Source: Candidatus Doudnabacteria bacterium
GTDB lineage: Bacteria > Patescibacteriota > Doudnabacteria > UBA920 > 2-01-FULL-50-11
Length of the DNA stretch: 26,690 bases
Assembly: GCA_016205055.1 (NCBI GenBank)
Contig: JACQJK010000008.1
Coordinates: 1 to 26,690, forward strand
Reading direction: 5' to 3'
Shown here: positions 24,054-26,690 of the stretch, piece after piece
Layout of the letters: the number at the start of each line of letters is the position of its first letter
How positions within the stretch are numbered: the stretch's first letter is position 1
Position numbers and translations under genes: made by a program
Notes under the pieces: generated by a model
Told to the model about the DNA's origin: nothing
Seen by the model: the letters and a program-made list of their open reading frames with translations, nothing else
Database searches by the model: none

Positions 24054-25829
24054 TTATCCTAAAATATTTTTCACTTTCTCAACTATCTCTTCCGGCCAGA
24101 ACGGTCGGCCGTCGTACTTGCGCAAGTGATGACCTGGAATGATTCCTGTCTGCTGGCGAATTAATCCTTCGAACTGCCCCGAAAAATTATTTTCAACCAC
24201 TAACAACTGCTTGGCTTCCTCCAGTATCATAACCGCTCGGGGCGTGGGAAACGGCCAGACATAATTAAAATGCAGAAAATTGACACTTGAAGTTTCTCCA
24301 CCCTCATCCGGCCTCCGGCCACCTTCTCCCGTCGAGGGAGAAGGAAATAGAGAAAGGTCTGCTAAGGCCTGTAAAATCGGCCCTTTGGTCGAGCCCCAGG
24401 AAACGATCGTTAAGTCAGCTTGATCCGGGCCGTATAACTTAGGATCAGGGATTTGCAACAAAGCATTGTCCAACTTCCGCATGCGCTTTTGCATCTGCGC
24501 GTTGCGATTGGCGACATCCTCGACGTTATAACCGTATTCGTCGTGTTCATCGGAATTGGCCAAGTGTACTCCCCCTTCGGTCCCCGGCAGAGCGCGCGGG
24601 GAAACTCCCGATTCGGTAACTTTGTAGCGTAAATACTTTCCCTGCTTTTTAATGTCCTCTGCCGTCACCCATTCACCTCGATCGATTTGAACTTTTGCTT
24701 GATCGAATACTGGCACGGTTTTTCCGCCTTCGGCCAGGTTTTTATCCGAAAGCAAAAATACCGGCATTTGATATTTTTCCGCCCAATTAAACGCCTCGGC
24801 CGTTAAATAAAAACACTCTTCCTGATCCCCTGGCGCAATGATCATTCTGGGAAACTCATCTTGCGCCGCGTGCATCAAAAACCGCAAATCGGCTTGTCCC
24901 GACCAGGTGGGCAGTCCCGTCGCCGGGCCGGGACGCTGGCCCATAAAAATCACTACCGGCGTTTCGGTAATGCCGGATAACCCTAAGGCCTCCGTCATCA
25001 AAGAAAATCCGCCGCCGCTGGTGCCAACCATGCTCCGCGTGCCCATCCAGCCGGCGCCTATTGCCGAGTTGAGTACCGCAATCTCGTCCTCCGGCTGGCG
25101 CACGATCATGCCGAATTTCGGTCCGTTTTTGGCGACAAACTCTAACAACGACGAGGAAGGCGTCATGGGATAACCGAAATAAGCGCGGCAACCGGCTGCG
25201 ATCGCCCCCATGCCCACGGCTTCGTTGCCGGTGACGTAAATTTGCTCGCGTGGAGGGCGATTTTCGACTTTATATGCAAACGGATTTTTAAAATTCTTCT
25301 TCGCAAAATCATAACCGGCGCTTCCTGCCTTTAAATTCATGTCAATCACCGGCTGCCCTTTGCTGCCGAAAGTTTCCCTAAGCAACGACAACAGGCCTTC
25401 GATATTCGCTCCCAAGACGGCAAGCAGAGCGCCCAAGGCCACGGTATTTTTCATCAATTCCGAGCCGCCAACGTCGCGGGTAATCTGGGAAAACGGCACG
25501 GCGAAAAGCGTAAACTTAGCATTTGCATTTTTAACCTTACCCGGATCGTAAATGATCCCGGCGTCTTTGGACAACTCGGGCTGGTGTTCGTCAAAAGTCT
25601 GCTGGTTTAACGCCACCAGCAAATTCACCGGCCGGATATGATGATGGACTTTTTCGCCAATTGTGATTTCAAAAGTATTGTGCCCGCCGCGGATTAAAGA
25701 AGGATATTCGGTATAATCGAACACCTGGTACCCCATGCGAGAAAAAATTTTTCCCAGCATGGATCCGGCAACTTTGATTCCGAAACCGGCCTCTCCGCCG
25801 ATTTTAATTGTCACCAAGCGCTCCGACAT
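24054..25829 (-). CDS. korA: 2-oxoacid:ferredoxin oxidoreductase alpha subunit (fused gamma-alpha type)
   Basis: GGEAGFGIKVAG, SLIRGGHN, VTGNEA, GYPMTPSS, EDEIA, SGGGFSLMTE, QRPGPATGLPT, VSWGSTKG, VVENNFSGQF. Contains a repeat-derived in-frame insert. Confidence 0.94.
   Translation of the reverse strand: MSERLVTIKIGGEAGFGIKVAGSMLGKIFSRMGYQVFDYTEYPSLIRGGHNTFEITIGEKVHHHIRPVNLLVALNQQTFDEHQPELSKDAGIIYDPGKVKNANAKFTLFAVPFSQITRDVGGSELMKNTVALGALLAVLGANIEGLLSLLRETFGSKGQPVIDMNLKAGSAGYDFAKKNFKNPFAYKVENRPPREQIYVTGNEAVGMGAIAAGCRAYFGYPMTPSSSLLEFVAKNGPKFGMIVRQPEDEIAVLNSAIGAGWMGTRSMVGTSGGGFSLMTEALGLSGITETPVVIFMGQRPGPATGLPTWSGQADLRFLMHAAQDEFPRMIIAPGDQEECFYLTAEAFNWAEKYQMPVFLLSDKNLAEGGKTVPVFDQAKVQIDRGEWVTAEDIKKQGKYLRYKVTESGVSPRALPGTEGGVHLANSDEHDEYGYNVEDVANRNAQMQKRMRKLDNALLQIPDPKLYGPDQADLTIVSWGSTKGPILQALADLSLFPSPSTGEGGRRPDEGGETSSVNFLHFNYVWPFPTPRAVMILEEAKQLLVVENNFSGQFEGLIRQQTGIIPGHHLRKYDGRPFWPEEIVEKVKNILG
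24301..24344 (+). repeat. Palindromic repeat, copy D, in frame inside korA
   Basis: Plus strand: CCCTCATCC GGCC-TCC-GGCC A CCTTCTCCC-GTCGA-GGGAGAAGG. Its complement encodes PSPSTGEGGRRPDEG (korA aa 496-510). Confidence 0.88.
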
Positions 25830-25842
25830 TTTTTTATTCCTG

Positions 25843-26280
25843 TTAGTCCTTAAGCTGTATAAACTTTAATTCTGCTTTTCTTTCCGGAAAATTTATTTCC
25901 AAAAGTTCGATTTTCATCTGCGGTAAAACCAACTCTCTCTGCGAGTTCAACCCCAAGTAAGCAAAAGTGATCCCCGGCTGCTCTTTGCTGGTATAGCGGA
26001 ATTGCACGCCTAGCTCTTTGAGCCAAACGGTACAATTTTGATCCTCTCCGCCCGGACAAAAAGTATCGGTAATCTTTTCCAAGGTAACCGAATAGTCGCC
26101 AAAACGATACATCTGCTCTTCTTTCAGCGTTTCTACGCGCCAGGGACGAAAGATCAGAAAAGCCGACCAGGCCAGGAGCAGAACAAACATGGCAAAAAGC
26201 AGGACGATGATTACCCTGCTGGCGTAGGGCGCAACGGGCTTCTGGGAAACAAATTTTTCCGGTGAGTCAAAGTAAATCAC
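25843..26280 (-). CDS. Hypothetical single-pass membrane protein
   Basis: 145 aa, GTG start. One TM (VIIVLLFAMFVLLLAWSAFLIF), then a small domain with a Cys pair (DTFCPGGEDQNCTVW). Fills the acs-korA gap. Confidence 0.7.
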   Translation of the reverse strand: MIYFDSPEKFVSQKPVAPYASRVIIVLLFAMFVLLLAWSAFLIFRPWRVETLKEEQMYRFGDYSVTLEKITDTFCPGGEDQNCTVWLKELGVQFRYTSKEQPGITFAYLGLNSQRELVLPQMKIELLEINFPERKAELKFIQLKD

Positions 26281-26329
26281 AACTCTTGAACTTCAAACCG
26301 ATTTTTGTTCAATCGTCAAACTTAAAAAA

Positions 26330-26690
26330 TCAATCCTCCAAAGTGGAAACGTCTCCGGGATCTTCGCCCATCTCTTGGGCACGCAACACGCGGCGCATAA
26401 TCTTCCCACTGCGCGTTTTAGGCAATTTATCTACAAAAGCAATCTCTTCGGTAACCGCCAGCGGGCCGATGGTCTTTTTTAAATGCGCTTTAAGTTGCAA
26501 TACCAGCTCATCGCTCGGCTGGTGGCCCGACTTTAAAATCACAAAGGCCTTGGCGACCATTCCTTTAATCTGGTGGGGCTTGCCTATTACCCCGGCCTCG
26601 CTCACCGCAGGATGTGACACAAGGGCGCTTTCAATTTCCGCGCTGGATAAACGATGTCCGGAAATGTTCATGACGTCATCTGACCGGCCC
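26330..26690 (-). CDS. acs: Acetyl-CoA synthetase / AMP-forming acyl-CoA ligase, C-terminal part (5' end outside the window)
   Basis: [36 protein letters not shown] ... [16 protein letters not shown] ... GDVSTLED. Frame is open to the window edge. Confidence 0.9.
   Translation of the reverse strand, partial: GRSDDVMNISGHRLSSAEIESALVSHPAVSEAGVIGKPHQIKGMVAKAFVILKSGHQPSDELVLQLKAHLKKTIGPLAVTEEIAFVDKLPKTRSGKIMRRVLRAQEMGEDPGDVSTLED

Noticed and set aside
23222-24344. Four related repeats as a possible CRISPR array or integron attC sites
   Set aside because: The copies are diverged, in opposite orientations and separated by whole genes. There are no cas genes or intI, and no attC core (RYYYAAC/GTTRRRY) boundaries that I could identify.
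2155-26265. Remaining short overlapping ORFs in the six-frame track
   Set aside because: They overlap well-supported genes in antisense or alternate frames and have no recognisable motifs.

Overview
A gene-dense, mostly housekeeping bacterial chromosomal segment. Standard genetic code (TGA is used as a stop). Every supported gene except one (PEGA protein, 18794..20089) is on the minus strand. Gene content and style (compact ProRS, two mreB paralogues, PEGA and Asp-box surface proteins, many ATGA/TAATG overlaps, few clear Shine-Dalgarno sites) suggest a Patescibacteria/CPR organism; this is inference, not demonstrated. Order in the direction of transcription (right to left): acs (partial), hypothetical, korA, DUF559 endonuclease, small membrane protein, korB, recJ, rnhA, [PEGA, + strand], murA, mreB2, nucleotidyltransferase, GT4, holB, Asp-box lipoprotein, frr, rseP, proS, mreB, mreC, mreD, mrdA, folD, greA, lysS (fused to an extra C-terminal domain), Nudix hydrolase, serS (partial, missing from the supplied ORF track). 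The standout is 23222..24344. There, four copies of a head-plus-hairpin palindromic repeat lie in two opposed pairs. One pair brackets a DUF559 endonuclease gene to within 0-1 nt of its start and stop. Another copy follows a second AT-rich gene, giving a cassette-like layout that splits the korA-korB pair. The fourth copy is translated in frame inside korA. Other points of interest are a LysRS-DUF2000-like fusion, an unrelated Y-shaped palindrome at 14631..14700, MurA with Asp at the fosfomycin-target position 115, and an AT-rich Lnu/ANT-like nucleotidyltransferase. No rRNA, tRNA, CRISPR array, transposase or integrase was found.
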